Of a stretch of 64,000 nucleotides of DNA, positions 19,207-28,645 are shown piece by piece; the first letter of the stretch is position 1; each line of letters begins with the position of its first letter. Source of the stretch: a virus; IMG/VR virus record IMGVR_UViG_3300023184_000048, positions 52,742 to 116,741 of that record. The stretch is one strand, 5' to 3'. The notes beneath the pieces are model-generated. The model searched no databases. It was not told the origin of the DNA and was given only the letters and a program-made list of their open reading frames with translations. Both the position numbers and the translations under genes were made by a program.

Positions 19207-19979
19207 CAATCAAAGAACACGAAGCTTTTAAAAATTGTAAAGGAGAATTATTATTTTCCATAATCGGAGGATCGCGTCTCTACGGAATCGAATTGCCAGA
19301 TAGTGATTACGATGAAAGAGGAATTTTTCTAGCGACTGATAAGAAGTATACCACTGGATTTGACACAATTGAAAGCATTGTTCAGACTGGTGATGTGGAT
19401 TCTACTTATTATGAACTTGCTAGATATTTAAAATTACTCAGAAAGAGTAATACGCAAGTTATGGAGATTTTATTCGCTCCCGAATTGTCGATTGTTCACA
19501 ATACTGAAATTTTTAAATATCTCAGAGAGAATAGATATTCATTGATTGACACACATGCTCTTAAAGCTTCTTTAAAGGGTTATGTGTATAGTGAGATAAA
19601 ATTGGCGACGGGTGAGCGCAGTGGTCAACTTGGAGGTAAAAGAAAGGCTGCTGTTGAGAAATATGGATTCTCATTTAAAAACTTTGTCCAAATATTTCGA
19701 TTGATTAAAGTTGGAAAATTATTCTTTACAAGTGGAGAGTATATGGTAAAAGTTAGAGAGTTTGATGAAGATTATCATAATTTCTTAATGGAAATTAAGA
19801 CAGCCCCTGAAAATTTCACTTGTGAACAATTGAGTAAAATAGTTGATAAAGAATTTGAAAAACTGGTGAAGGTTATGGATGAATCAAAAATTAATTTCAA
19901 ATTTGATGTGGAACTAGCTGCGGATATTGTTGAAAGTGCAAGATATCATTATTGTGGAACAGATCCTTCTTGGGGTTGA
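19203..19979 (+). CDS. Predicted nucleotidyltransferase (pol beta superfamily, T4 NrdC.11-like)
   Basis: GGSRLYG...SDYDERGIF, D...YEL..YL.LL.K.N...E.LF. Confidence 0.85.
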   Translation: MTIKEHEAFKNCKGELLFSIIGGSRLYGIELPDSDYDERGIFLATDKKYTTGFDTIESIVQTGDVDSTYYELARYLKLLRKSNTQVMEILFAPELSIVHNTEIFKYLRENRYSLIDTHALKASLKGYVYSEIKLATGERSGQLGGKRKAAVEKYGFSFKNFVQIFRLIKVGKLFFTSGEYMVKVREFDEDYHNFLMEIKTAPENFTCEQLSKIVDKEFEKLVKVMDESKINFKFDVELAADIVESARYHYCGTDPSWG

Positions 19980-20004
19980 TTAAAAACTAGAATATAATAA
20001 ACAT

Positions 20005-20613
20005 ATGCCAACAGGATATACAGCAAGCGTAGGTGATGGTGAGGTAACAGAATTTAGAGATTTTGCACTTACATGTGCAAGAAATTTTGGTGCATGTTTT
20101 CATCAAAGAGATGATAATCAAAAAGATCTACCAAAATTACAAGAGGTCAGTGATTATCATCTTACTGCAAAGAATGAATATGTTCTTTATCTGAAGAATC
20201 TTAAGAGATTATCTGATAAAAGTTATATTGAACGCTACAAGGTTAAATTCTTTAATGATCAATTACATGTTAGGGAAAACATTCAAGATAAAATTAATAC
20301 CAAGCTAAATTATGAAAAGATGCTGGAAGCTGTAAAAAATTGGACCCCACCAACACCAGACCATGACAATATGAAGAATTTCATGATCTCACAATTGACA
20401 GAATCTATTGACTGGGATTGTGATTTAGATTATTATAATCGAGAGCTTGAAAGGCAACCTCTTTCAGATGAAGATATTTTAATTGCTAAAGCTGAAGAGA
20501 TTGAACGACTTGAGAGGGATATTGAATATCACACTAACAAATATAAAGAAGAAGTTGAACGTATTAATAAGAGTAATGAATGGATTCTTGAACTATATAA
20601 ATCACTAGAATGA
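20005..20613 (+). CDS. Conserved phage hypothetical protein
   Basis: MPTGYTA..F..F.L.CAR.FGA..H.RD; W.PPT.DH..MK.FM..QL..SI..DC. Confidence 0.8.
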   Translation: MPTGYTASVGDGEVTEFRDFALTCARNFGACFHQRDDNQKDLPKLQEVSDYHLTAKNEYVLYLKNLKRLSDKSYIERYKVKFFNDQLHVRENIQDKINTKLNYEKMLEAVKNWTPPTPDHDNMKNFMISQLTESIDWDCDLDYYNRELERQPLSDEDILIAKAEEIERLERDIEYHTNKYKEEVERINKSNEWILELYKSLE

Positions 20614-21230
20614 ATTACTTTTTTGTTAGACACCAAAAATCTAAGGGTAACTTGGACCCCTCATTGTATCATATAATGAACGATCATGAGATTGATCTAT
20701 GTCATGAACATGATCATCAATCAGAAAATGCTGCTGATAAAATTGTAGACTTGGCAGATCTTCACGGTGTGAGGGATAGATTATTTCATCTTTACCATTC
20801 TCCATTTCTGAGAACTAGAAAGACCAAGAATCTAATTCTAAAAGAATTAGCATATGATTACATTTTTCCAACAGTAAACGAAAATCCACTTTTGGGGGAG
20901 CGTAGGTGGGGAGATTTGAGGAATATAATCGAAAGAGAGGATAATACTGATAAGTATTTTGATTTTTATTATCAACCTTTAGATGGAGAGTCATTCATGG
21001 ATTGTTATCATAGATGTGTCACTTTTGATAATATGTTAAAACATCAAGTTTCTAACAAAGATAATGTTATTATTATTGGTCATGGTGAACAGATCAGGTG
21101 TTATCTGATGCATTTACTTGGGTGGACATTGGAAGAATTTAATGAACACAAAAATCCAGAAAATTGTGAGGTGATCATGGTGAAAGATGGTGTATTGGAA
21201 ACTTCTTTGAGAAAGAGAATTAAAAACTAG
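20610..21230 (+). CDS. Histidine phosphatase (phosphoglycerate mutase family)
   Basis: FFVRH, SPFLRT..T, L.ERRWG, GES..D, IIGHG. Confidence 0.85.
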   Translation: MNYFFVRHQKSKGNLDPSLYHIMNDHEIDLCHEHDHQSENAADKIVDLADLHGVRDRLFHLYHSPFLRTRKTKNLILKELAYDYIFPTVNENPLLGERRWGDLRNIIEREDNTDKYFDFYYQPLDGESFMDCYHRCVTFDNMLKHQVSNKDNVIIIGHGEQIRCYLMHLLGWTLEEFNEHKNPENCEVIMVKDGVLETSLRKRIKN

Positions 21231-21244
21231 AATATAATACGAAT

Positions 21245-21622
21245 ATGACATGGATTGAAATTACATTTTGGGTGCTCCTTTTTGGAGTGTTTATAATTGG
21301 GTGTATTGTATCTGATAATGATAGTCCACTATTCATACTACTGCCATTTATGTTTATTATGGTATTCGGAGCATTGCCATATCTGATCATTAGGGAGAAC
21401 ACAGAAGTTGTTATGGTGAAAGAGGAACCAGTAAAAATTTTATCAAATGTAATGGTTGATGGAAAGATGGTTATAATCACTGATACTGCTGAAAAGGTGG
21501 AGTTCACCGAATATAAAGATGTGATAGATATTAATTCTGGTAAGCAATTGATCAAGAGATTTTATAAAAAGGATGTTTATTACGGTCCTGATTCTTCTTG
21601 GGATAAAATTGAAATAAAATGA
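21245..21622 (+). CDS. Hypothetical membrane protein
   Basis: Two N-terminal TM segments. Confidence 0.75.
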   Translation: MTWIEITFWVLLFGVFIIGCIVSDNDSPLFILLPFMFIMVFGALPYLIIRENTEVVMVKEEPVKILSNVMVDGKMVIITDTAEKVEFTEYKDVIDINSGKQLIKRFYKKDVYYGPDSSWDKIEIK

Positions 21623-21966
21623 GCACAAATATACATATAAATTCTACAGGTGTTGTCAAAACTCCTAATGGCTCGGATAAAGAAATTTACAAACCATTTA
21701 ATTGCTGGCAAACACCTTCAAAAGATACAACTTGGATTATGGATCAAAAAGATCGCCTTCAAGCTTATAAAGATTGGGTAATGTCGAGAGAATGTATTGA
21801 AATGGAAGATATCCATGATATCTTTACGTGGGATGATGAGACTGACTATTATAAGGTAATAGGACAACAACCATATTCTGCCGCTAAAGAACATATCAAG
21901 GACTTGGAAGAATTTGTAGAAACAGAAGAGTCTTTGGGGTTTAATTTGAATGTAGTATCTTGGTAA
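21619..21966 (+). CDS. Hypothetical protein
   Basis: ORF track. Confidence 0.7.
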   Translation: MSTNIHINSTGVVKTPNGSDKEIYKPFNCWQTPSKDTTWIMDQKDRLQAYKDWVMSRECIEMEDIHDIFTWDDETDYYKVIGQQPYSAAKEHIKDLEEFVETEESLGFNLNVVSW

Positions 21967-21968
21967 TT

Positions 21969-22502
21969 ATGAGTCGTAAATATTTCACAGGGATTGGATC
22001 ACGTTCTTGTCCTAAAAATATTGGTAAAGAGATGACCATTCTTGCTTCTGAATTGGAAGAAATGGGATATTGGTTGCTTTCTGGATGTGCTGATGGAGCG
22101 GATAGTTTTTTCCAAAATGGTGTTAAAAATAATGCTCAAATCCTATTACCTTGGGAAGATTTTAATGTTGAACAACAACGTAAACATCCAACTCATGAAT
22201 ATCTTTTGAATGATAATGATGAAGAGGCTGATAGAATGGTTGAACAATTTCATGCTGCTCCTAAGAATTTAAATGATACTACTAGGAAATTTCATAGAAG
22301 AAATATTAGACAAATCTTGCCTATTGGAGAAAACCCATCAGAGTTTGTAATATATTGGACACCAGAAGGTAATTGGCAAGGTGGAACAAAAACAGCTTTG
22401 GAATGTGCTAAATTTCATGGTATACCAACCTTTAGTATGTATCATTTGACCAGACAAGAAATCCTGAAAGAAATTGAGAAGTTGAATTTTCTCTATAATT
22501 AA
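21969..22502 (+). CDS. SLOG superfamily (DprA/Smf-like) protein
   Basis: FTGIGSR..P, LLSG.A.GAD..F, RRN..QIL, FVIYWT..G..QGGT..A. Confidence 0.8.
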   Translation: MSRKYFTGIGSRSCPKNIGKEMTILASELEEMGYWLLSGCADGADSFFQNGVKNNAQILLPWEDFNVEQQRKHPTHEYLLNDNDEEADRMVEQFHAAPKNLNDTTRKFHRRNIRQILPIGENPSEFVIYWTPEGNWQGGTKTALECAKFHGIPTFSMYHLTRQEILKEIEKLNFLYN

Positions 22503-22523
22503 AAACTAAAATATAATACAAAT

Positions 22524-22934
22524 ATGAAAAACATTATAATACTCAGATCGTGTTCGAGTGCTGGTAAAAGTTCCTTCGCTAAACTCCTATGCCAACAAAT
22601 TGGTTGGGTTGAGTGCAATGCTGATTTCTTCTTTGAAGATAAAGAAGGAAATTATAATTTTGATTTCAATAAGATTGGTGATGCTCATGCTCAGTGTCGT
22701 AAAAGTTTCATGGAAGCTTTAAAAGAGTCCACTGTCACTGGAATTGTTGTGAGTAATACCAACGTTGAAGAAAAGCAATGGAAGTTTTATGAAGATGAGG
22801 CTAAGAAGGTTGGAGCAAGAGTTACTTTTTTGGTTATCGAAAAAAGGCATGATGGCGAAAATAATCATAACGTTCCAGAGACTTCTCTTCAGAGTCAGGA
22901 AGACAGAATTAGGAATAGTTTAAAACTGAGGTAA
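22524..22934 (+). CDS. P-loop kinase (AAA_33/polynucleotide kinase-like)
   Basis: IILRSCSSAGKSSFAK Walker A, NAD.FF, AH..C, IVVSNTN, HNVP. Confidence 0.8.
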   Translation: MKNIIILRSCSSAGKSSFAKLLCQQIGWVECNADFFFEDKEGNYNFDFNKIGDAHAQCRKSFMEALKESTVTGIVVSNTNVEEKQWKFYEDEAKKVGARVTFLVIEKRHDGENNHNVPETSLQSQEDRIRNSLKLR

Positions 22935-22935
22935 T

Positions 22936-23154
22936 ATGAAAAAGCAAATCAGAATCAAAAAGGGTATTCAAACTATTGAAGAATATGGATCTCTTGGATG
23001 TAAAAATAATTTACACGAAGTCTTAGTTCTCTTGAAAGGTTTGGAGTTTACTGAAGAGGATTATAAATTGGTGACTTTTAAACCAGATTTTAGTTCATGT
23101 CATTATGAGGGTGATCGACCAGATGTTAGAATGGAATGGCCAAATATTTATTAA
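22936..23154 (+). CDS. Hypothetical protein
   Basis: ORF track. Confidence 0.7.
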   Translation: MKKQIRIKKGIQTIEEYGSLGCKNNLHEVLVLLKGLEFTEEDYKLVTFKPDFSSCHYEGDRPDVRMEWPNIY

Positions 23155-23175
23155 AAACTAGTCTATAATATTCAT

Positions 23176-23616
23176 ATGTTGGATGCAGAAGGAATCATCA
23201 AAGTTGAACACGGTCAAAGAATGGTTGTTGACCTCGATGAAGATTTTACCAAATATTACAGCTATTTTATTCAACAGCGTTATTGGGTCAAGCCTTCATT
23301 GCCTCTTCACGGAAGTCATATCACTTTAACTAACAAAAAGTTTCATAAGGATGTTGATTGGGATCGAGGACTTGATTATCATGGACAAATTCTTAAATTC
23401 CAATATGATCCATATTTGATGGAAGGTGGATTTTTGAAAGGTTTTATCATGTTTTATGTAAAAGTATATTCTGATGAAATTGATCAAATCAAAAAAGACA
23501 TTGGTGTGATTGAGCCTGATAATTTTAGAGGAAGTCATGTTACAATAGCCAGTATCGGTAAGTCTGGTGGTGGAGTAAAATTATATTGGCCAGAATTAAT
23601 AACAATCAAAGGATAA
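23176..23616 (+). CDS. 2H phosphoesterase superfamily protein
   Basis: Two HxT motifs: GSHITL and GSHVTI. Confidence 0.7.
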   Translation: MLDAEGIIKVEHGQRMVVDLDEDFTKYYSYFIQQRYWVKPSLPLHGSHITLTNKKFHKDVDWDRGLDYHGQILKFQYDPYLMEGGFLKGFIMFYVKVYSDEIDQIKKDIGVIEPDNFRGSHVTIASIGKSGGGVKLYWPELITIKG

Positions 23617-23620
23617 AATT

Positions 23621-23908
23621 ATGATACATAGAGACGGATACACTGAATATAATAATGAGGAATTGAAGAAGCAAAACACCCGAGAATTATTGGCACACTT
23701 TGACAATATTCGCGCATATAGACAAAATGCTTTTAAGCATGTCGAATATCAACAAGAGCGATTAAAAGAGGCAGAATGGTCATTGAAACTTTATGATAAT
23801 TATTTGGTGGAGTTGAAGGATATCCTTTCAACAAGAGAAAATATTCCAAATAAACAAGAAGCTAAAGCTATCCGACAACAACAAGCAAAAGATAAGAAAA
23901 ATCGGTAA
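23621..23908 (+). CDS. Hypothetical coiled-coil protein
   Basis: ORF track. Confidence 0.7.
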   Translation: MIHRDGYTEYNNEELKKQNTRELLAHFDNIRAYRQNAFKHVEYQQERLKEAEWSLKLYDNYLVELKDILSTRENIPNKQEAKAIRQQQAKDKKNR

Positions 23909-23933
23909 TTAAAAACTAGGATATAATACTCGT

Positions 23934-24380
23934 ATGAATATTAGAGAACAAGCACTTGCCTTTGCCACTAAAGCACATAAAGGACAATTTAGAAAGAACA
24001 GTAAGTTGGAATATATCACACATCCGATTGCTGTTGCTGAAATTGCTGAAAAACTATATGTCGATTATTTGGGAACAGATAAAACAGATGATGTTTATGT
24101 TGCAGCGATTCTTCATGATGTGATTGAAGACACTAAATTCACGTATGAAGATATCGAAAAAGAATTTGATGGTTTTATAGCAAACAGGGTTAAAGGGTTA
24201 ACTAGAGGAGAGGGTGAGTCATATTTCGATATGATTATGAGAATTTCTGAAGGTTACTTCATGGATGCCATCATAAAATTAGCTGATAACATTCACAATT
24301 CATCTGATCTGAAGGAGGGATCTTTAAAAGATAAATATCGCTTTTCGCAACATATATTAAGAAGTAGATTTGAAACATAA
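23934..24380 (+). CDS. HD-domain hydrolase (SpoT/MESH1-like)
   Basis: AHKGQ.RK....YITHP.AVA, AAILHDVIEDT, IKLAD..HN. Confidence 0.9.
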   Translation: MNIREQALAFATKAHKGQFRKNSKLEYITHPIAVAEIAEKLYVDYLGTDKTDDVYVAAILHDVIEDTKFTYEDIEKEFDGFIANRVKGLTRGEGESYFDMIMRISEGYFMDAIIKLADNIHNSSDLKEGSLKDKYRFSQHILRSRFET

Positions 24381-24381
24381 T

Positions 24382-24693
24382 ATGCAAGTAATTATTACAA
24401 AAGTCAAAACTGTCGATATTGATTTGGATGCTGAACGTAAGAAAATCAAGAAAGGCTTTAATAAGAAATCCGAAAGAATCTATCGTGATAAGCTTCTTGA
24501 AGTGATTGATATATTTGAACGGGATGGATTTAATATGGCATGTGACGCTTATGATGAACTACCCTATAATGAAGTGGATGAATACCCTCTACAAGAGAGT
24601 ATGGGTATTTGGTGGTGGCAAATTGTCAATGATCAGAGTTTTAATTATCATGATAATGTCAAGCATCAGTATAAGATGGAAATAATTAAATGA
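24382..24693 (+). CDS. Hypothetical protein
   Basis: ORF track; start refined. Confidence 0.7.
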   Translation: MQVIITKVKTVDIDLDAERKKIKKGFNKKSERIYRDKLLEVIDIFERDGFNMACDAYDELPYNEVDEYPLQESMGIWWWQIVNDQSFNYHDNVKHQYKMEIIK

Positions 24694-24989
24694 CTAATTT
24701 AGAAATAGCGAAAGATATTCAAAAAGCTTATAAGCTTTTACTGGATAAAACGTCTTGGAAAGCGACCACGGGTAGTCATAAGGCTGCTTGTGATGTTATC
24801 AGCCAAATGACATCATATCATTTAGCTTTGAAAGCTTTTGGTTATATGACTAATGATGAAGGAAAATTGGTGAAATATAAACCAAGAGTCTTATCGGAAT
24901 ATGAACAACTGGTAATGAATACTACCTCTGGGAAAGAATCAGATGCTCAGAAACTGTTAGATTATATCTATACACACGGAATACAATAA
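24690..24989 (+). CDS. Hypothetical protein
   Basis: ORF track. Confidence 0.7.
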   Translation: MTNLEIAKDIQKAYKLLLDKTSWKATTGSHKAACDVISQMTSYHLALKAFGYMTNDEGKLVKYKPRVLSEYEQLVMNTTSGKESDAQKLLDYIYTHGIQ

Positions 24990-25014
24990 TTAAAAACTAG
25001 AATATAATCACAAC

Positions 25015-26106
25015 ATGAAAATCAAATTTAATGATTACAATTTGGAGGGTTTTAATAAGAAAGAGGTGTTGTTTTGTGGTATCGAAGCAATTTTAATCAC
25101 TCCTGATGATATTAAGTCTAAGTTTACCCAAGATAATAAGATCTTCAGATCATCAATTTGGTCCAGAGACGGTGAATTATTATCAGCTTCGTTTCCTAAG
25201 TTCAAAAATGCAGGTGAAGACCCTGATAATTTTCCAATGCCTAAATCTTTGGATGGTGTTGGTATCGTTACTAAAATCGATGGATCTACTTGTATTGTTG
25301 ATTTTGTCAATGGTGAATTTTCAATGAGAACCAGAGGAGTTTCATCATACTTGACACAGGCTAATTATAAAGATTTTGAGTTCTGTATTGAGAAGTATCC
25401 CAAAATCAAAGCTAGTATAATGAACAATCCTGATTATTCGTTTATCTTTGAAATTGTCACACCAAACCAAAAAATTGTTCTTGATTATGGCCCTGAGCCA
25501 GATGTTATCTTGATCGGTGCTATTGATAAGAATCAGTATTGGATTGTGGAACAACGATATCTTGATAATCTAGCTGAAGCTATTGGTGTCAAACGTCCAG
25601 AATATCATAATTTTGATTCATTTGAAGATATTTACGAATTTTGTAAAATCAATAGAACTATCGAAGGGTTTTGTTTATATTTTAATAATGGTCAATCGAT
25701 TGTGAAGGTGAAGACTGATTTTTACCTAGCATTGCATCGTCTCTTTTCGGGAATGAAGACTATCGGTAATGTGATTGATGTGTTCCTCACAACCCCAAGG
25801 TTTACGAAGTATTCAGATTTTTATGAATTTATCTGTGTAAATATGGACTTTGAGTTAGCTGAACGTTGTAAGGATGATATCCTGAAGGTTGTCGTAGCTT
25901 ATTGTAAGGTTCTGGAAAAAATTGAAATGATTAAAAATGTGATCAATAATGTTCGGGGTGATTCATTCACTCGTAAGGAACAAGCTTTAGACATCATGCA
26001 ACATTATGGTGGGGATATAAGACAAAAAATAGCATTTTTGTTATTGGATGATAAACCAATACCGGATAATATTTTAAAGATGTTTATAGAACATGAGTTA
26101 CAATAG
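25015..26106 (+). CDS. RNA ligase, T4 Rnl1-like
   Basis: SFPKF.N, motif I TKIDGS, TRG, FIFEI, EGF.L, VKVKT. Confidence 0.8.
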   Translation: MKIKFNDYNLEGFNKKEVLFCGIEAILITPDDIKSKFTQDNKIFRSSIWSRDGELLSASFPKFKNAGEDPDNFPMPKSLDGVGIVTKIDGSTCIVDFVNGEFSMRTRGVSSYLTQANYKDFEFCIEKYPKIKASIMNNPDYSFIFEIVTPNQKIVLDYGPEPDVILIGAIDKNQYWIVEQRYLDNLAEAIGVKRPEYHNFDSFEDIYEFCKINRTIEGFCLYFNNGQSIVKVKTDFYLALHRLFSGMKTIGNVIDVFLTTPRFTKYSDFYEFICVNMDFELAERCKDDILKVVVAYCKVLEKIEMIKNVINNVRGDSFTRKEQALDIMQHYGGDIRQKIAFLLLDDKPIPDNILKMFIEHELQ

Positions 26107-26910
26107 TTTGAACTTACACTTATCAAAGTGCCACCTAGTTGAATTTTGTGGTGTTAATGATAAATTACAATGTGGGCAGGATACTTTAGATCTATTGTTA
26201 GCTGAATCCCGTATATTTTCAATTTGAGCTTGAGTCCTCTTCAACCCTCTAATTTTAGAGGCTCCCTTTTCCACAGAATCTCTTGATCTTTTTTTACCTT
26301 TATGAGATTTAGAAATTTTATCTCTAGTTTCCTGTGGAATAGTTTTCCCTAAGTTTCTTAATCTATTCTTTTCTATGTCCTCCAGTGATCTCTTCTTACC
26401 TTTTTGTGCTATAGACATTTTAATTTTTGATTCTTCTGTGTGTTTTTGGCCCAATCTATTTGTGTTTCCCATTTTAGATAATGATAATTTTCTTTTTCTT
26501 TCGTCAGATGCTTTGTGACCCAAACAATAGGTGTTTCCTTTATGAAAATTTGATATTTTTCGTTTCGTTTCTTCTGTATGTTTCCTACCCAACCAAACTT
26601 TTGAGTTGGAACCCCTTTCAGATATATTATAACCATGAGGAGCAATTGTATTAAATCTCTTAATTAATTCTTCTTCCAAATTTAAAAGATCATCCTTGGA
26701 AAAATTGGGGAGATACTCAATATACACACTAAAATTATCGATGCCGTATTTTACAAATGCCTTATGAATTACTTGCTCCTTTCTATTTTTATGACTATTC
26801 AATCTTTTATGTATATTAACAGATTCTCCAATATAATGCTTATTGTTTATCGTGTTTGTTATTATATACACACCTCTTTCCTTTTTCAAATCTTTAAAAG
26901 ATATCCCCAT
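26098..26910 (-). CDS. GIY-YIG homing endonuclease with multiple NUMOD3 repeats
   Basis: GVYIITN..N.KHYIGES..I.KR..H, E..LI, GYN; repeated HTEETKRKIS-like units. Confidence 0.9.
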   Translation of the reverse strand: MGISFKDLKKERGVYIITNTINNKHYIGESVNIHKRLNSHKNRKEQVIHKAFVKYGIDNFSVYIEYLPNFSKDDLLNLEEELIKRFNTIAPHGYNISERGSNSKVWLGRKHTEETKRKISNFHKGNTYCLGHKASDERKRKLSLSKMGNTNRLGQKHTEESKIKMSIAQKGKKRSLEDIEKNRLRNLGKTIPQETRDKISKSHKGKKRSRDSVEKGASKIRGLKRTQAQIENIRDSANNRSKVSCPHCNLSLTPQNSTRWHFDKCKFKLL

Positions 26911-26915
26911 ATTAC

Positions 26916-26921
26916 TATTTA
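26916..26921 (-). promoter_or_regulatory. Late-type promoter TAAATA, 5 nt before ATG 26910
   Basis: Minus-strand TTAAATA-GTAAT-ATG. Confidence 0.6.
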
Positions 26922-26973
26922 ACAACTTTATATACTTTTGATATTCAGGTATCTAAAAACTAGATCAAAATCC

Positions 26974-27072
26974 GGTTTCAAAAAGTCGATGGCATTCCTT
27001 TTGCTTGACAATAAGGAGATCCCTGATACTTTGTTGAGGACAGCGATTGAAGAAACGATTGAAAAGATCTAA
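26974..27072 (+). pseudogene. Orphaned 3' end of the RNA ligase gene
   Basis: Translates ..MAFLLLDNKEIPDTLLRTAIEETIEKI*, versus ligase C-terminus IAFLLLDDKPIPDNILKMFIEHELQ*. Confidence 0.8.
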
Positions 27073-27101
27073 ATTAAAAACTAAAACATAATAAACATAC
27101 A

Positions 27102-28004
27102 ATGAACACGACACAGAAAAAACAAAATAGGAACAGTGATTTTTTTGAAGACCTTATCAAAGGATCTACAAAATCGTTCATCCCTAAAAAAGTTAAGACA
27201 AAACAAGCAGAATGGATTACAATTAATCCACTTCAGAGTAAGCATATTCTGAAGTTTTATAATAACGGAAATCGTCGTCCTTCGAAAAATCAAGTTCTCA
27301 AATATTCCAAGGATATGGAGAATGATAACTGGAAGGAGACTGGAGAACCGATTTCATTCGATAAAAATGGAAATGTTATCAATGGTCAACATAGACTTTA
27401 TGGAATGATTCTGGCAGACAAAGAATATGAATTTCTGGTAAACTATGGTCTAGATCGAGAAGTGTTTGATGTTATTGATAATGGTTTGATTCGACCCAAT
27501 TCAACAATCCTAGAGTTGGAAGGTCATTCGGATACTGTCAATCTATCTGCTCTCGTTCGTGCCATCATTGCTTACACCGATAATGGTAATTATGATGCGA
27601 AAGATTTCAAAGGAGTCAATCAAATTACCATTAGTCAAATCAAAGATTATCTGAAGGATAATGAGGATGTGGTAGATTATCTTGATCGATATAAGAAAAG
27701 TGCGGTTGTGTCATGTTCAATTTCGTCTTTTTGTTATTGGTTACTTTCCACTGTTGATAAGACCGAAGCTGAAAATTATTTGGATATGGTTTTTATGGGA
27801 TATGGACTGACCCCAAACACCATCGAGCATTATCTTTTTGATAAACTTCAACGTAACAAGAATGCAACACAAAACAAAATGACCAAGACTGCCATCATCT
27901 GTAATGTTATTCTTGGTTGGAGACGTTATATGGGATGGTCTAAGACTAAAGCTATGCAAATCACTTGGGATGTTCGCAAAGGCTTTCCAAAGCCAACAGA
28001 ATAA
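27102..28004 (+). CDS. ParB/Srx-like N-terminal domain protein
   Basis: NRRPS...V.KY..DM....W...GEPI.F...G.VINGQHRL. Confidence 0.7.
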   Translation: MNTTQKKQNRNSDFFEDLIKGSTKSFIPKKVKTKQAEWITINPLQSKHILKFYNNGNRRPSKNQVLKYSKDMENDNWKETGEPISFDKNGNVINGQHRLYGMILADKEYEFLVNYGLDREVFDVIDNGLIRPNSTILELEGHSDTVNLSALVRAIIAYTDNGNYDAKDFKGVNQITISQIKDYLKDNEDVVDYLDRYKKSAVVSCSISSFCYWLLSTVDKTEAENYLDMVFMGYGLTPNTIEHYLFDKLQRNKNATQNKMTKTAIICNVILGWRRYMGWSKTKAMQITWDVRKGFPKPTE

Positions 28005-28240
28005 TGAAACTTTTGCCAATTCATAGATATGATTCACAAACTCAATTGTCGAAATTGAAAGAAGTTTGCAATAAGATATATATCGCCAGAAATATCTCTT
28101 TAAGTCAAGAAGGAGTCATCAAACAACTTGAAGTGATCGACACATTATTCCGAAGTGATAATGAAGATTACGATATGTATGATGAAAAACAGGCTAATGA
28201 GAGATATGGTGATTTTGATGTTACAGAATTTCATTATTAA
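28004..28240 (+). CDS. Hypothetical protein
   Basis: TAATG overlap. Confidence 0.65.
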   Translation: MKLLPIHRYDSQTQLSKLKEVCNKIYIARNISLSQEGVIKQLEVIDTLFRSDNEDYDMYDEKQANERYGDFDVTEFHY

Positions 28241-28261
28241 AAACTAGAATATAATCAAGAT

Positions 28262-28645
28262 ATGAAGTTTGAAGATTTTAAAAAAGATTTTGATGAAAAA
28301 TTGGCAACTATGTCTGATGATGACCTTGTTGAGTCGTTCGCTGATATGGGAGTTGATGTAACTATTAAGAGAATGAAAACATTGCTATTTCTAAATCCGG
28401 GTTGGGGTGTTGATTTCATGCTGAAAAGAAGAATGATGGCCGAAAACATTGAACATCCATATATTTCTCTGTTTGAGGATTTGGAGAACAAAAAGACAAA
28501 CGATAAACTCTACAAAAAACACGAAATCAAATCAACTCCTGTCTTGATTGTTCTTGACAAAACAGAAGAGGTTGATAGAATAACAGGAGTAGAAGACATT
28601 CTAAAATATTTAAAAGACAACAATGAATCAATTGATAAAATTTAA
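28262..28645 (+). CDS. Thioredoxin/glutaredoxin-fold protein lacking CxxC, with N-terminal extension
   Basis: KHEIKSTPVLIV...EVDRI.G cis-Pro motif; PGWG at the active-site position. Confidence 0.55.
   Translation: MKFEDFKKDFDEKLATMSDDDLVESFADMGVDVTIKRMKTLLFLNPGWGVDFMLKRRMMAENIEHPYISLFEDLENKKTNDKLYKKHEIKSTPVLIVLDKTEEVDRITGVEDILKYLKDNNESIDKI

Noticed and set aside
26953-26970. Extra promoter cassette (CTAAAAACTAGATCAAAAT)
   Set aside because: Degenerate core and -10, no ATG at +6 or +9; lies at the endonuclease/remnant junction and was not counted
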